Below the pieces are notes generated by a model. It was not told where the DNA came from, ran no database searches, and worked only from the letters and a program-made list of their open reading frames with translations. This document shows positions 8,128 through 16,879 of a stretch of 32,000 nt of DNA, piece after piece. Source of the DNA: Candidatus Iainarchaeum sp. (lineage in GTDB: Archaea; Iainarchaeota; Iainarchaeia; Iainarchaeales; CSSED10-239); contig JAQVRT010000001.1 in NCBI GenBank assembly GCA_028700905.1, positions 1 to 32,000 of the forward strand, given 5' to 3'. The position numbers and the translations under genes were made by a program. Position 1 is the first letter of the stretch; every line of letters begins with the position of its first letter.

Positions 8128-10080
8128 ATGATAGATACAAAAACAGAATCAAATGCATTTAATACATTCTTTACAAAACATAAAAAAATTATATTTATAT
8201 TACTTATTTTTTTAATGGCTTTTGCTGTTAGAGGTCATCTTTTAAAATATGACAATATGTTTGAATTTGATACTTATTGGCACTTAAGAATGACAGGTTA
8301 TGTTTTACAAGGAGATTTGCCTGATAATGATCCATTAGGTTTTTATGCACAGGGTGGATCTTCACTTGAAAATAGGCCTTCCTTTGTATGGTATTTAACT
8401 TCTTTTTTGTATATTTTATTTACTCTCGGAGCTCCCTACAATAAAGCATTACTCATGGAATTTGCAAGGTTTTTGCCAGCCATCTTTGGGGCTTTAATCT
8501 CAGTTGCAATGTATTTTTTAGGTAAAGAAATTTATAATCGTAAAGCAGGATTTATAATGGCAATAATTACTGCTACAATTCCTGCATTTGTTTATAGAAC
8601 CATGGCTGGATTTTATGAAGAAGATGCTTTAGGATTTTTATGGATGATTTTAGGTTTTATTTTCCTTGTTAAAGCAATAAAAAATATGCATTCAAGAAAG
8701 CAAAATATAAGATACTCTTTATTATCTGGTTTGTTTTTTGGACTTATGGCTTTTACTTGGTCTGCATTTATTTTAGTACCTTTAATTGTTGTTTCATTTT
8801 TAATTGCAAATTTAATATATATGGCTTATAAGAATTATTCTAATAAAGATATTGCTTTATTTTTAAGAACTATTGTGATTTCTTTTGTAATCTTTGCAGC
8901 TTTAGCATCAATTGCTCAACCAGGTTGGGTAAAGACTACAGGTAATTATGTAATTGATAATATTCCTTTAAGTAAAGAAAATATTGATAAACTTTCAAAT
9001 AATGTTACTTCTGATACAGATGTTGTAAAAGCGTCTGTTGGGGAAGAAAATACAGGAAAACAATTTTTCTTATACAAGTATAGTTTTCTTTTATGGATTC
9101 CTTTTGTTGTGCTTTTAATAATGCCACTTAATTTATTATTTTCAAAAAAGAAAGATAATTTAACATTATTACTTTTCTTTTGGATTTTTATAACTTTATT
9201 AATGGCTTGGTCAAAATTAAAGTTTACATTCTATTTTGGAATACCGATTGCTGTATCTGCAGGATTTTTAATTTATTTTATAAATGAATGGATTAATAAA
9301 AATTCAACAGTCTTAAGAAAAAGAGTTTTTGCAATATTTGTTGGTTTGATTTTATTAACTTCTATTGCTGCTGGAACTCATGAAGTTTATTCTAAAGTGC
9401 CACATATTGTTGAAAAAAATGACTGGAGAGAGTCAATTTTTTGGATTGGAGAAAATACTTCACCAGATGCAAAAATATTTAATTGGTGGGATTATGGTCA
9501 CTGGATAACTTATTTTTCTGAAAGAAAGGCAAGTACTGATAATACCAATTCAAATATAGAAGGTACAAGTGAATTTGGATTATTTATTTTAAGTCAAGAT
9601 TTAAATTATACTGCAAACCTTATGAAAAAATATGATGCTGATTACTTTATTGCAGATAATGGTTATTTTAATAGATATGCTTCATTTGGATCTTACGGTT
9701 TTATAACTACAAATTATCAAGATCCAAGAATTACAAGTTATATTTCATTTACTTTAGATTGTTATCCTGGATCTTTAGGTGATGGTAAACTTGCATATAA
9801 ATGTGGAGAAAATATCTTTTCTGAAGAAGAAATTAATTCAGTTCCAACAGTTTGGACTGATAAACCAAAAGATGTAATGAATGGAGTTCCAATCTTTATG
9901 TATCGTTTAGAAGATAACTCTAAATTATTTATTTTAAATACTTCTTCAAATAATTCTGCATTTGCAAAAATATGGTTTAATGAAAATATTCATTCTCAAT
10001 TATTTTCTTTAGCTTATGAAAATGGAGATGTAAGAATATATGAAGTTAATAAAGAAAAAGTGAACGAATATGCAGAATAG
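8128..10080 (+). CDS. aglB: Archaeal oligosaccharyltransferase AglB (STT3 family)
   Basis: Polytopic N-terminal domain followed by a WWDYGHW (WWDYG) catalytic motif and a soluble C-terminal domain. AAGGGGA lies upstream of the ATG. Confidence 0.9.
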   Translation: MIDTKTESNAFNTFFTKHKKIIFILLIFLMAFAVRGHLLKYDNMFEFDTYWHLRMTGYVLQGDLPDNDPLGFYAQGGSSLENRPSFVWYLTSFLYILFTLGAPYNKALLMEFARFLPAIFGALISVAMYFLGKEIYNRKAGFIMAIITATIPAFVYRTMAGFYEEDALGFLWMILGFIFLVKAIKNMHSRKQNIRYSLLSGLFFGLMAFTWSAFILVPLIVVSFLIANLIYMAYKNYSNKDIALFLRTIVISFVIFAALASIAQPGWVKTTGNYVIDNIPLSKENIDKLSNNVTSDTDVVKASVGEENTGKQFFLYKYSFLLWIPFVVLLIMPLNLLFSKKKDNLTLLLFFWIFITLLMAWSKLKFTFYFGIPIAVSAGFLIYFINEWINKNSTVLRKRVFAIFVGLILLTSIAAGTHEVYSKVPHIVEKNDWRESIFWIGENTSPDAKIFNWWDYGHWITYFSERKASTDNTNSNIEGTSEFGLFILSQDLNYTANLMKKYDADYFIADNGYFNRYASFGSYGFITTNYQDPRITSYISFTLDCYPGSLGDGKLAYKCGENIFSEEEINSVPTVWTDKPKDVMNGVPIFMYRLEDNSKLFILNTSSNNSAFAKIWFNENIHSQLFSLAYENGDVRIYEVNKEKVNEYAE

Positions 10081-11098
10081 TGTTTTATTCTTTATATTTT
10101 TAGGTTTTTCTTTTTTCTTTTCTTTATTTTTATCTTTGTTTTTAGTTCCAATGTTTATTAAAATTATTTCTAAAACATCTTATCTTGGAAAAGATATGAA
10201 TAAATATAATAAGGATTTAGTTTGTGAGCTTGGAGGAGTTCCAGTTTTTTTAAGTTTTATTTTTTCAATTTTTTTAATAATGTTGTTAAATTTTATTTTA
10301 ATTTCAATTTTTAGTTTTAATTTTTCAGTAATTGATTTTATTCAGTTTAGTTTAATTATTATTGCTTTATTTTCAATATTTTTTGTAGGATTTATTGATG
10401 ATATTTTAGGTTGGAAAAAAGGAATTAGTCAAATACAACATTTCATTTATCCTTTAGTTTTTTCAATTCCTTTAATTATATATGCTTTAATTTATGAAAT
10501 TACAACTCTTTATATTCCTTTATTAGGTGTTTTGAATGTAGGTCTTGTTTATGCATTTATTTTGGTTCCAATTGCATTTACTGCAACTACAAATCTTTTA
10601 AATTTACTTGCTGGATTTAATGGTCTTGAAGCTGGTATGGGAATTATAATTTTTTTAACAATTTCAATTTTTTCTATTTTTCAAGGAAATATTACTCTTG
10701 TAATTATTTTATTTGCATGGATAGGTGCACTTTTAGGTTTTTTAAAATTTAATAAATTTCCATCTAAAATGTTTCCAGGAGATATTATTACTTTAATTAA
10801 TGGTTCATTAGTAGGTATTTCAGCGATTGTTTTAGGTTTAGAATTATTAATTGCTTTTTTAATTATTCTTTTTATAATTGAATTTATTATTAAAGCAAAA
10901 CATAAATTTAAAACAGAATGTTTTGGATTAATTTCAAAATCTGGAATTATAAAACCAAATCCTAAAGGTGGATCTTTAACTCATTTTGTTTTAAGTAAAG
11001 GAAGGTTTACTGAAAAAAAATTAGTTAATGTTTTTTATATTTTACAAGGAGTAATTTCTGCAATATCATTAATTCTTTTCTTTATTGTGTATATTTGA
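10070..11098 (+). CDS. aglH: Dolichyl-phosphate GlcNAc-1-phosphate transferase (GPT/MraY/WecA family, AglH-like)
   Basis: FVGFIDDILGW and NLLNLLAGFNGLEAG motifs in a multi-TM protein. It overlaps the aglB 3' end by 11 nt. Confidence 0.8.
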   Translation: MQNSVLFFIFLGFSFFFSLFLSLFLVPMFIKIISKTSYLGKDMNKYNKDLVCELGGVPVFLSFIFSIFLIMLLNFILISIFSFNFSVIDFIQFSLIIIALFSIFFVGFIDDILGWKKGISQIQHFIYPLVFSIPLIIYALIYEITTLYIPLLGVLNVGLVYAFILVPIAFTATTNLLNLLAGFNGLEAGMGIIIFLTISIFSIFQGNITLVIILFAWIGALLGFLKFNKFPSKMFPGDIITLINGSLVGISAIVLGLELLIAFLIILFIIEFIIKAKHKFKTECFGLISKSGIIKPNPKGGSLTHFVLSKGRFTEKKLVNVFYILQGVISAISLILFFIVYI

Positions 11099-11104
11099 TG
11101 TATT

Positions 11105-11938
11105 ATGAGGTTAATTTCTTTTAGTAAATTTTTAATTATATCAAGGCCTATTCTTTTCCCACTTATTTTTATTTGTTTATTGGTTGCTTTTTTTTATACT
11201 TTTAGGTCTTTTAGTTTTCTACATTTTATTGATTTAATTTTTATTTTATTGTTAACTTTTCTAGTTCCATTTTTTACCTTTTCTATTAATGATCTAGTAG
11301 ATTTTTATTCTGATAAAAAAAATATTAGGAAAAAAAATATTCTTTTTGGAAAATTTCAAAAAGATTTATTATCTTTTAAAAGTTCAATTTATTTATATAA
11401 TTTTTTAATATTTTTAGTTCTATTTGTTTTTTCTTTAATTTTTTATAATTTAGACACTGTGATTATTTTATTACTACTTTTATTTTTTCTTTATTTTTAT
11501 TCTGCAAAACCAATTCGATTTAAAGAAGTTTTTATTTTAGATTTTTTATCAAATGGAATAATTACTTTACTTTGTTTTGCTTTAATTTATTCTTTTAAAT
11601 ATTCTATTTTTAATTTGCCATTAGGAATTTATTTAATTTCTTTGGCAATTTCTTCTTATCATTTAATTGCAGCTCAATTAGATTATTATCCAGATAAACT
11701 TGCAAATCAAAAGACAACTGTTGTATTCATAAATAATAAGCATATAATTTATTCATTAACTTTATTATTAAATTTACCTTTATTTTTAATTTCTTTTAAT
11801 TCTATTTTTAGATATTTAGTTTATTTAAATATAATTATTATTTTAACTTTGTGGTTTTTTCCAAAGGTAAATAAAAAAATAATTTTTTGTTTGTTTATTA
11901 TTTTTTGGACATTTATTTGTATTTTTTATTTAATTTAA
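11105..11938 (+). CDS. UbiA-family prenyltransferase-fold membrane protein, substrate unknown
   Basis: NDLVDFYSD (NDxxDxxxD) and DYYPD (DxxxD) Asp-rich motifs in a polytopic protein. It starts 6 nt after the aglH stop. Confidence 0.7.
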   Translation: MRLISFSKFLIISRPILFPLIFICLLVAFFYTFRSFSFLHFIDLIFILLLTFLVPFFTFSINDLVDFYSDKKNIRKKNILFGKFQKDLLSFKSSIYLYNFLIFLVLFVFSLIFYNLDTVIILLLLLFFLYFYSAKPIRFKEVFILDFLSNGIITLLCFALIYSFKYSIFNLPLGIYLISLAISSYHLIAAQLDYYPDKLANQKTTVVFINNKHIIYSLTLLLNLPLFLISFNSIFRYLVYLNIIIILTLWFFPKVNKKIIFCLFIIFWTFICIFYLI

Positions 11939-13002
11939 AAATCAAATATTCTTTTTTGAAATTTTAATCCTTTTAAAATTTCTGATTTTTGTAAAATCCA
12001 TTTAAGATTTAATTTTTCTTTAATATATTCTATAACTTGATTTAAATCTTCAAAAATAATTTCTTCTTTTTCTAAAGATTCTTTTATTGCTTCTCTAATA
12101 ACCCAAACACCTTTAGAATTATATTTTTCATCAATATCTCTAAGCACAATAACGCTTGCTTTTTTATTTATTTTTTTTAAATGTTCTAAAACTACTTCTC
12201 TTGCAGCATAGTAAGCACCTGTTATTTGATTTGCATATTCTTTTTTTGGAGTGTTAATTTCATAGTCTTGAGCAATTAAATTGCCATTAACATATTCAAA
12301 CATTTCAAAACTCCAAGAATAAGGCATGAATATTACATAAAAAGTATTGCTATAAAAAGTATATTTGTGCATTTTAAATCTATCAATAGTTTGGTTATTT
12401 TCTACTTCTTTAAAAAATTCTTTACCTAAAATATCATCTATTGATGTTATTGACCATCTTGTCGGTACAAATATTCTATTTTTTTTAAGACCTAAAAGTC
12501 CAATAGATAATAGTTGTTCAATCTTATAAACATCTTTTGTTTTATTATAATACTCTACAATTGCATCTTTTGCTTTTATTTGAGTATCTCCAGTTATTTT
12601 ATCAACTGTTCTTGAAACTTTAATATTGTCTATTATTTTTATTTTTTCAAGTTCTAATGCCTTGTTATTTATTCCTGTTATTTTTTCATTAATATTTAAT
12701 TTTTTAATATTGTAATTAATTTCAACTTCAGTTTCTTTATCTGATTTAATTAAATTTTGAAGTTCAGTTATCTCACTTTTATTTTTCACTGCATCTATTT
12801 TAGAATAATTTTTCACTGCAAATATTTGTTTTTGTCTATTTTTTTCAACTTCTGATATTTCACTTTTAATCCATTTTTCAGGAGTATTTGAAAAAGCTTC
12901 TTTTTTATCATTAAATATTCCTGGACCTATCATTAAGTTTGGGTATGTGTTTTCATAAACTATATTATATGGCTTTGAATAGGCTTGTTTTTTAATACTC
13001 AT
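11935..13002 (-). CDS. Nre-family (NreA-like) DNA repair protein, tentative
   Basis: VPTRWSITSIDD and GAYYAAREVVLE...GVWVIREAIKESL resemble what I recall of the COG1602/Nre N- and C-terminal domains. The extreme C-terminus QKRIFDF is a PIP-like box, as reported for NreA. Not verified by search. Confidence 0.45.
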   Translation of the reverse strand: MSIKKQAYSKPYNIVYENTYPNLMIGPGIFNDKKEAFSNTPEKWIKSEISEVEKNRQKQIFAVKNYSKIDAVKNKSEITELQNLIKSDKETEVEINYNIKKLNINEKITGINNKALELEKIKIIDNIKVSRTVDKITGDTQIKAKDAIVEYYNKTKDVYKIEQLLSIGLLGLKKNRIFVPTRWSITSIDDILGKEFFKEVENNQTIDRFKMHKYTFYSNTFYVIFMPYSWSFEMFEYVNGNLIAQDYEINTPKKEYANQITGAYYAAREVVLEHLKKINKKASVIVLRDIDEKYNSKGVWVIREAIKESLEKEEIIFEDLNQVIEYIKEKLNLKWILQKSEILKGLKFQKRIFDF

Positions 13003-13052
13003 GTTATTTATCTATTTTTTCTTCTTTTAACTATATATTATTTTAAGATAGG

Positions 13053-13060
13053 TTTATAAA
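13053..13060 (-). promoter_or_regulatory. TATA box, probably for 11935..13002(-)
   Basis: ggTTTATAAAtta is palindromic. Its centre is about 54 nt from the minus-strand ATG at 13002, implying a TSS near 13030. Confidence 0.35.
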
Positions 13061-13164
13061 TTATTTTATAGATAATTAATATATTATATTTATCGTTTCG
13101 CTATAGAAACAAAATAATAAAGGATATTATAAGACCTTTTAAAAAAAAGGATAGTGATTAGTGT

Positions 13165-13644
13165 ATGTTTAAATTTTTAAGTTTATTTATTGATAAAAGC
13201 AAATCTCCTAAAATATCAAGGAGAAATAATATTGCAATTTTTGTAGATGGTCCTAATATTTTAAGAAAAGAATTTAATGTTGATTTATCAAAGATAAGGA
13301 GATATTTACAAAAAGAAGGTGTTTTAAAAGTTGCAAGAGTATATCTTAATCAATATGCAACAGATAAGCTTATGGAAGCAGTTGTAAATTTAGGTTTTGA
13401 AACTATAATTACTGTTGGAGATGTTGATGTTGCAATGGCTGTAGATGCAACAGACATTGTTCATAATAAAGAAATTGATACAATAGTTTTTGTAACTAGA
13501 GATTCAGATTATCTCCCAGCAATTTTAAAAGCAAAAAAGCATGGAAAGAACACAATGGTTTTCTTAGTTGAAGAAGGTTCTGCAACTGCTCTTAAAAACA
13601 CTGTTGATAAAGTTGTTTTTATGGATAAATTAAAATATGAATAG
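13165..13644 (+). CDS. NYN-domain (LabA/DUF88-like) predicted ribonuclease
   Basis: IAIFVDGPNI, GDVDVAMAVDA and VTRDSDYLPAI acidic motifs typical of NYN/LabA. It is the first gene of a tightly spaced plus-strand run. Confidence 0.8.
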   Translation: MFKFLSLFIDKSKSPKISRRNNIAIFVDGPNILRKEFNVDLSKIRRYLQKEGVLKVARVYLNQYATDKLMEAVVNLGFETIITVGDVDVAMAVDATDIVHNKEIDTIVFVTRDSDYLPAILKAKKHGKNTMVFLVEEGSATALKNTVDKVVFMDKLKYE

Positions 13645-13647
13645 ATT

Positions 13648-14142
13648 ATGAATTTGCCAATATCAAAACCAATTGTTGAAAATGTTTTCTTAGATGTAAT
13701 TGATCCAGTTAAATTGTTATCTGATCTTAATCAAAAACAATTTACTGGTTTTATTTATCTTACTGTTCATTCTTTGAATAATTTTGAAGAAAATATTTTA
13801 TTGTTTTTAAAAGGTAATATATCAGGTTCTATTTATTTAAATAATACTTATAATGTTGAAATTTTTGGAAAAGAAGCATTTGATTTTTCAATTAATAATT
13901 TAGGTTATAATGATGGTATTATAAATATTTATGAATTATCTGCAGAACAATTAAAATTAATATTAATTTTTAATGATAAAATAAAGTATGAAACAAAAAT
14001 AGATGAAAAGTCTATTTTAAAATTAAATTTTAAATATAATGAAAATTTATTTAGAGAAAGATTAAAGAATAAAATTTTAAATGTTAAATTAAGAGAAGAA
14101 TTATTTGATAAATTTAAAATTAATGAGTTATTAAGGTTATAA
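13648..14142 (+). CDS. Hypothetical protein, first of two small genes preceding minD
   Basis: Starts 3 nt after the previous stop. FTGFIYLTV...LLFLKGNISGSIYL...IFGKEA looks like an alpha/beta regulatory fold, but I cannot name a family. Confidence 0.5.
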   Translation: MNLPISKPIVENVFLDVIDPVKLLSDLNQKQFTGFIYLTVHSLNNFEENILLFLKGNISGSIYLNNTYNVEIFGKEAFDFSINNLGYNDGIINIYELSAEQLKLILIFNDKIKYETKIDEKSILKLNFKYNENLFRERLKNKILNVKLREELFDKFKINELLRL

Positions 14143-14145
14143 TTT

Positions 14146-14586
14146 ATGAAAAAAATATTATCTAGATTTCTAACAAGGTTATCTACAAAAATGTTAAATA
14201 TTGATGATTTAAAAACTCCTAAAGAGTTAGAACCATTATTAGAGTATAGACCAGTTAATTTATGTTCTAAAAACTTAGATGATTTTTTATTGAAATTAAG
14301 ACATAAACATATTGTAAATCATATAATTGTTACTGATCTTGAAGGAATAGTTATTGGTAGTACAGAAAAAGACTTAAGAGAGGGTTTTAAAAGTGCTGCA
14401 ATGTATAATTATATAAATACAGAAATTAAAGAATTATCTATTATTTTGATTGAATCAAAAGGATGGAACATAATATTTAAATATAGTGACAATGTATATT
14501 TTATTAAAGCAAATGATAGTCTTAGTAGAATAGAGGTTATGGCTATTGTAAAAGATTTAGAAAATTATTTAAAAGTTATAAAGTGA
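14146..14586 (+). CDS. Roadblock/LC7-like (MglB-like) protein, tentative
   Basis: The core IVNHIIVTDLEGIVIGSTEKD...SAAMYNYI...LSIILIESKGWNIIFKY...VYFIKAN matches the Roadblock/LC7 strand-helix pattern. It has a basic amphipathic N-terminus KKILSRFLTRLSTK. It starts 3 nt after the previous stop. Confidence 0.4.
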   Translation: MKKILSRFLTRLSTKMLNIDDLKTPKELEPLLEYRPVNLCSKNLDDFLLKLRHKHIVNHIIVTDLEGIVIGSTEKDLREGFKSAAMYNYINTEIKELSIILIESKGWNIIFKYSDNVYFIKANDSLSRIEVMAIVKDLENYLKVIK

Positions 14587-14593
14587 AATTTAT

Positions 14594-15382
14594 ATGAGTG
14601 AAATATTAACAATTGCATCAGGAAAAGGTGGTGTTGGAAAAACAACTTTGACAGCTAATTTAGGGATTGCTTTAAGTGATTTAGGTTTCAAAGTTTTATT
14701 GATAGATGCAGATATTGCAATGTCAAATCTTAGTCTATTAATTGGTCTTGAAAATCCTCCAATAACTTTACATGATATATTACTTGGTTCTTCTTCAGCT
14801 CAAGATGCTATTTATGATGGACCAAATGGAATAAAGATTATTCCTTCTGGACTTTCAATTTCTAATTATCAAAGAGTAGATGCTGAAAGATTAATTTCTG
14901 TTGCAAAAAGTTTAATTTCAGATTTTGATTATATTTTAATTGATGCTCCTGCTGGTATTGATAAAAATGTTTTATCAGCAATTTCAGCTTCAACACAAGT
15001 ATTGTTAATAACTGAACCAACATCTCCTTCAGTTGCAGATGTTTTTAAAGTAAAAATTGTTTGTGAAAGATTAAATCAAAAAGTTTTAGGAATTGTTGTA
15101 AATAAAGTAAGTAGTACTAAGGGTGAAATTTCTGAAAAAGAAATCATGAAAATGCTTGAACTTCCAAGCTATGGAACTATACCTTATAGTGTAGATATAA
15201 GAGAGTCTTTCTTACTTAAAAAAATAAAACCTATTCTAATACATAATCCTAATAGTCCTTCTGCAAATTCATTTAGATATATTGCAATAAGATTATCAGG
15301 AAGAGAAGTAAAAGTTAAAGAAGAAAAAAAGAGCAGTGGCTTTTTTAGTTTTTTAAAAAAATTATTTTCAAAAAAAAAATAA
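14594..15382 (+). CDS. minD: MinD/ParA-type P-loop ATPase (archaeal MinD)
   Basis: Deviant Walker A SGKGGVGKTT, LIDADI and IDAPAG motifs. The C-terminal peptide SSGFFSFLKKLFSKKK is amphipathic and basic. Confidence 0.9.
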   Translation: MSEILTIASGKGGVGKTTLTANLGIALSDLGFKVLLIDADIAMSNLSLLIGLENPPITLHDILLGSSSAQDAIYDGPNGIKIIPSGLSISNYQRVDAERLISVAKSLISDFDYILIDAPAGIDKNVLSAISASTQVLLITEPTSPSVADVFKVKIVCERLNQKVLGIVVNKVSSTKGEISEKEIMKMLELPSYGTIPYSVDIRESFLLKKIKPILIHNPNSPSANSFRYIAIRLSGREVKVKEEKKSSGFFSFLKKLFSKKK

Positions 15383-15393
15383 GGTGATTTAAA

Positions 15394-15624
15394 ATGAGTG
15401 ATTCAAAAATAACAAGACCATTTGACATGTTAAACAATGCAATTAATAAGCAAGTTTTAATACAGTTAAAAGAAAATGTTCAAATCAGAGGTAAATTAAA
15501 AGCATTTGATGTTCATATGAATATAGTAATTGAAGATGCAGAAGAAATAATTGATGGAAAAATGAAAACTAAATATGTTGAAACTTTAGTTAGAGGAGAC
15601 AATATAGTTTGGATAACTGTTTAA
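15394..15624 (+). CDS. Sm-like archaeal protein (SmAP/LSm)
   Basis: Sm1 motif (VLIQLKENVQIRGKLKAFDVHMNIVIEDAEE) and Sm2 motif (LVRGDNIVWI). Length 76 aa. AAGGTGA lies upstream. Confidence 0.9.
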   Translation: MSDSKITRPFDMLNNAINKQVLIQLKENVQIRGKLKAFDVHMNIVIEDAEEIIDGKMKTKYVETLVRGDNIVWITV

Positions 15625-15645
15625 AATTTAATTTTAAAATAAGAT

Positions 15646-16590
15646 GTGTATTATATGATATTGGCTATATTTACTAAATTTATTGAAAATTTTAATAATA
15701 ATGTTAAAGATAGTCTTTATGATATAATCCCTCTTAACTATATATTTATTTTTGTAATTGTAATATTTGTTTTAGTTGCAATATTAGTTTTTTCAACATT
15801 AATTTTACCATTATTTAAAAAGTCTTCAAAAAGACTTTATAATAGATATCTTTTTTTAAGAAATGAAATGAAAAGAGTAGATACTCTTTATTCTCAAAAA
15901 AAAATTATTTTTGATGAATATGTTTCTTTGCAATTTCAAAATGCTCAAGAATATTATCAGATTGTAAAAATATTATCTTCAGATCCTAAATTTAAATCTA
16001 AACTTCAAAGTTATACTCTTCAGGATAATTTATCAAAACCAACTCCTCCTTTAAAAAGACCTTTAACAAAAGAAGAAAAAGATTTACAACAAATTGAAAA
16101 ATTAACTTCTGTTTTAAAACCAAAAGCAAGTAATTTTACAAAAGAAGATATATACAGTGTTTTGCTTTACGAAGGTTTTGAAGAAAATATTATTCAAGGA
16201 GTTTTAAGAGCTTTAGTTTCTCAGAATGTAATTTTTTCAAAAGTATCTTCAACTGAAAATAAAAAAGATTTATCATCATTCTTAGATAATTTAATTAAAG
16301 GTAAGGAATCAGATCTTAAAAATCAAGGAGAAACTTCTCAATCAATCTCATTTGATAAAAATAAAGATAATGAGTTCTTTAAAGAAGATTTTAAAAGAAA
16401 AGAACTTAATTTTGATAATATTAAAGATGTGGATTATACTTTTAAGGTTGAAGAAGAAAAAGAAGAAAAAGTTGGTTTCTTTAAAAGATTATTTGGAAAA
16501 AAGAAAAAACCACCTGTTAAAGCATCTATTACAGAAGTTGATAGTATCTTAAAGAATATTGAAAAAGAATTAAAGACTAAAGAAATTTAA
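15646..16590 (+). CDS. Single-pass membrane protein with an internal MinD-like amphipathic motif
   Basis: The track start at 15646 is GTG, and an in-frame ATG follows at 15655. It has an N-terminal TM segment (IFIFVIVIFVLVAILVFSTLILPLF), a long charged cytoplasmic region, and EEEKEEKVGFFKRLFGKKKK near the C-terminus. Confidence 0.6.
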   Translation: MYYMILAIFTKFIENFNNNVKDSLYDIIPLNYIFIFVIVIFVLVAILVFSTLILPLFKKSSKRLYNRYLFLRNEMKRVDTLYSQKKIIFDEYVSLQFQNAQEYYQIVKILSSDPKFKSKLQSYTLQDNLSKPTPPLKRPLTKEEKDLQQIEKLTSVLKPKASNFTKEDIYSVLLYEGFEENIIQGVLRALVSQNVIFSKVSSTENKKDLSSFLDNLIKGKESDLKNQGETSQSISFDKNKDNEFFKEDFKRKELNFDNIKDVDYTFKVEEEKEEKVGFFKRLFGKKKKPPVKASITEVDSILKNIEKELKTKEI

Positions 16591-16593
16591 TCT

Positions 16594-16749
16594 TTAATCT
16601 CTTCCTGAATTTATTAAAAGTATAATTCCAATAATAATTAATATTAATCCAAGATATATATTTAATCTTGATAATACTCCTGGAAGATCTGGAATGTACA
16701 TTCCAATCCCAATTCCCATTATTATTCCACTAGCAAGAGATTTTCCCAT
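16594..16749 (-). CDS. Small (51 aa) two-TM membrane protein, absent from the ORF track
   Basis: My translation: MGKSLASGIIMGIGIGMYIPDLPGVLSRLNIYLGLILIIIGIILLINSGRD. GGAG lies about 8 nt upstream of the ATG on the minus strand. It is below the track size cut-off. Confidence 0.45.
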   Translation of the reverse strand: MGKSLASGIIMGIGIGMYIPDLPGVLSRLNIYLGLILIIIGIILLINSGRD

Positions 16750-16879
16750 ATTTTCTATTCTCCTATTTTAATTGTTCTTTTATTATTTTATATATTGATG
16801 ATAAGGTTTTTAAATTAATTTAGTTTAACAAATACATTCTTTTTAATATTTATCTAATCTATTATTATATTGAGAAAAT

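Noticed and set aside
13095-13110. gtttc-gctata-gaaac palindrome resembling a CRISPR repeat terminus
   Set aside because: It is a single occurrence with no repeat-spacer periodicity nearby, and no cas genes are in the window. It is probably a chance 5-bp stem or a small regulatory hairpin.
16796-16801. TGATGA (C-box-like) in the 16750-16879 intergenic region, a possible C/D box sRNA
   Set aside because: There is no CTGA D box and no C'/D' pair at appropriate spacing downstream. The other TGATGA occurrences I saw lie inside CDSs.
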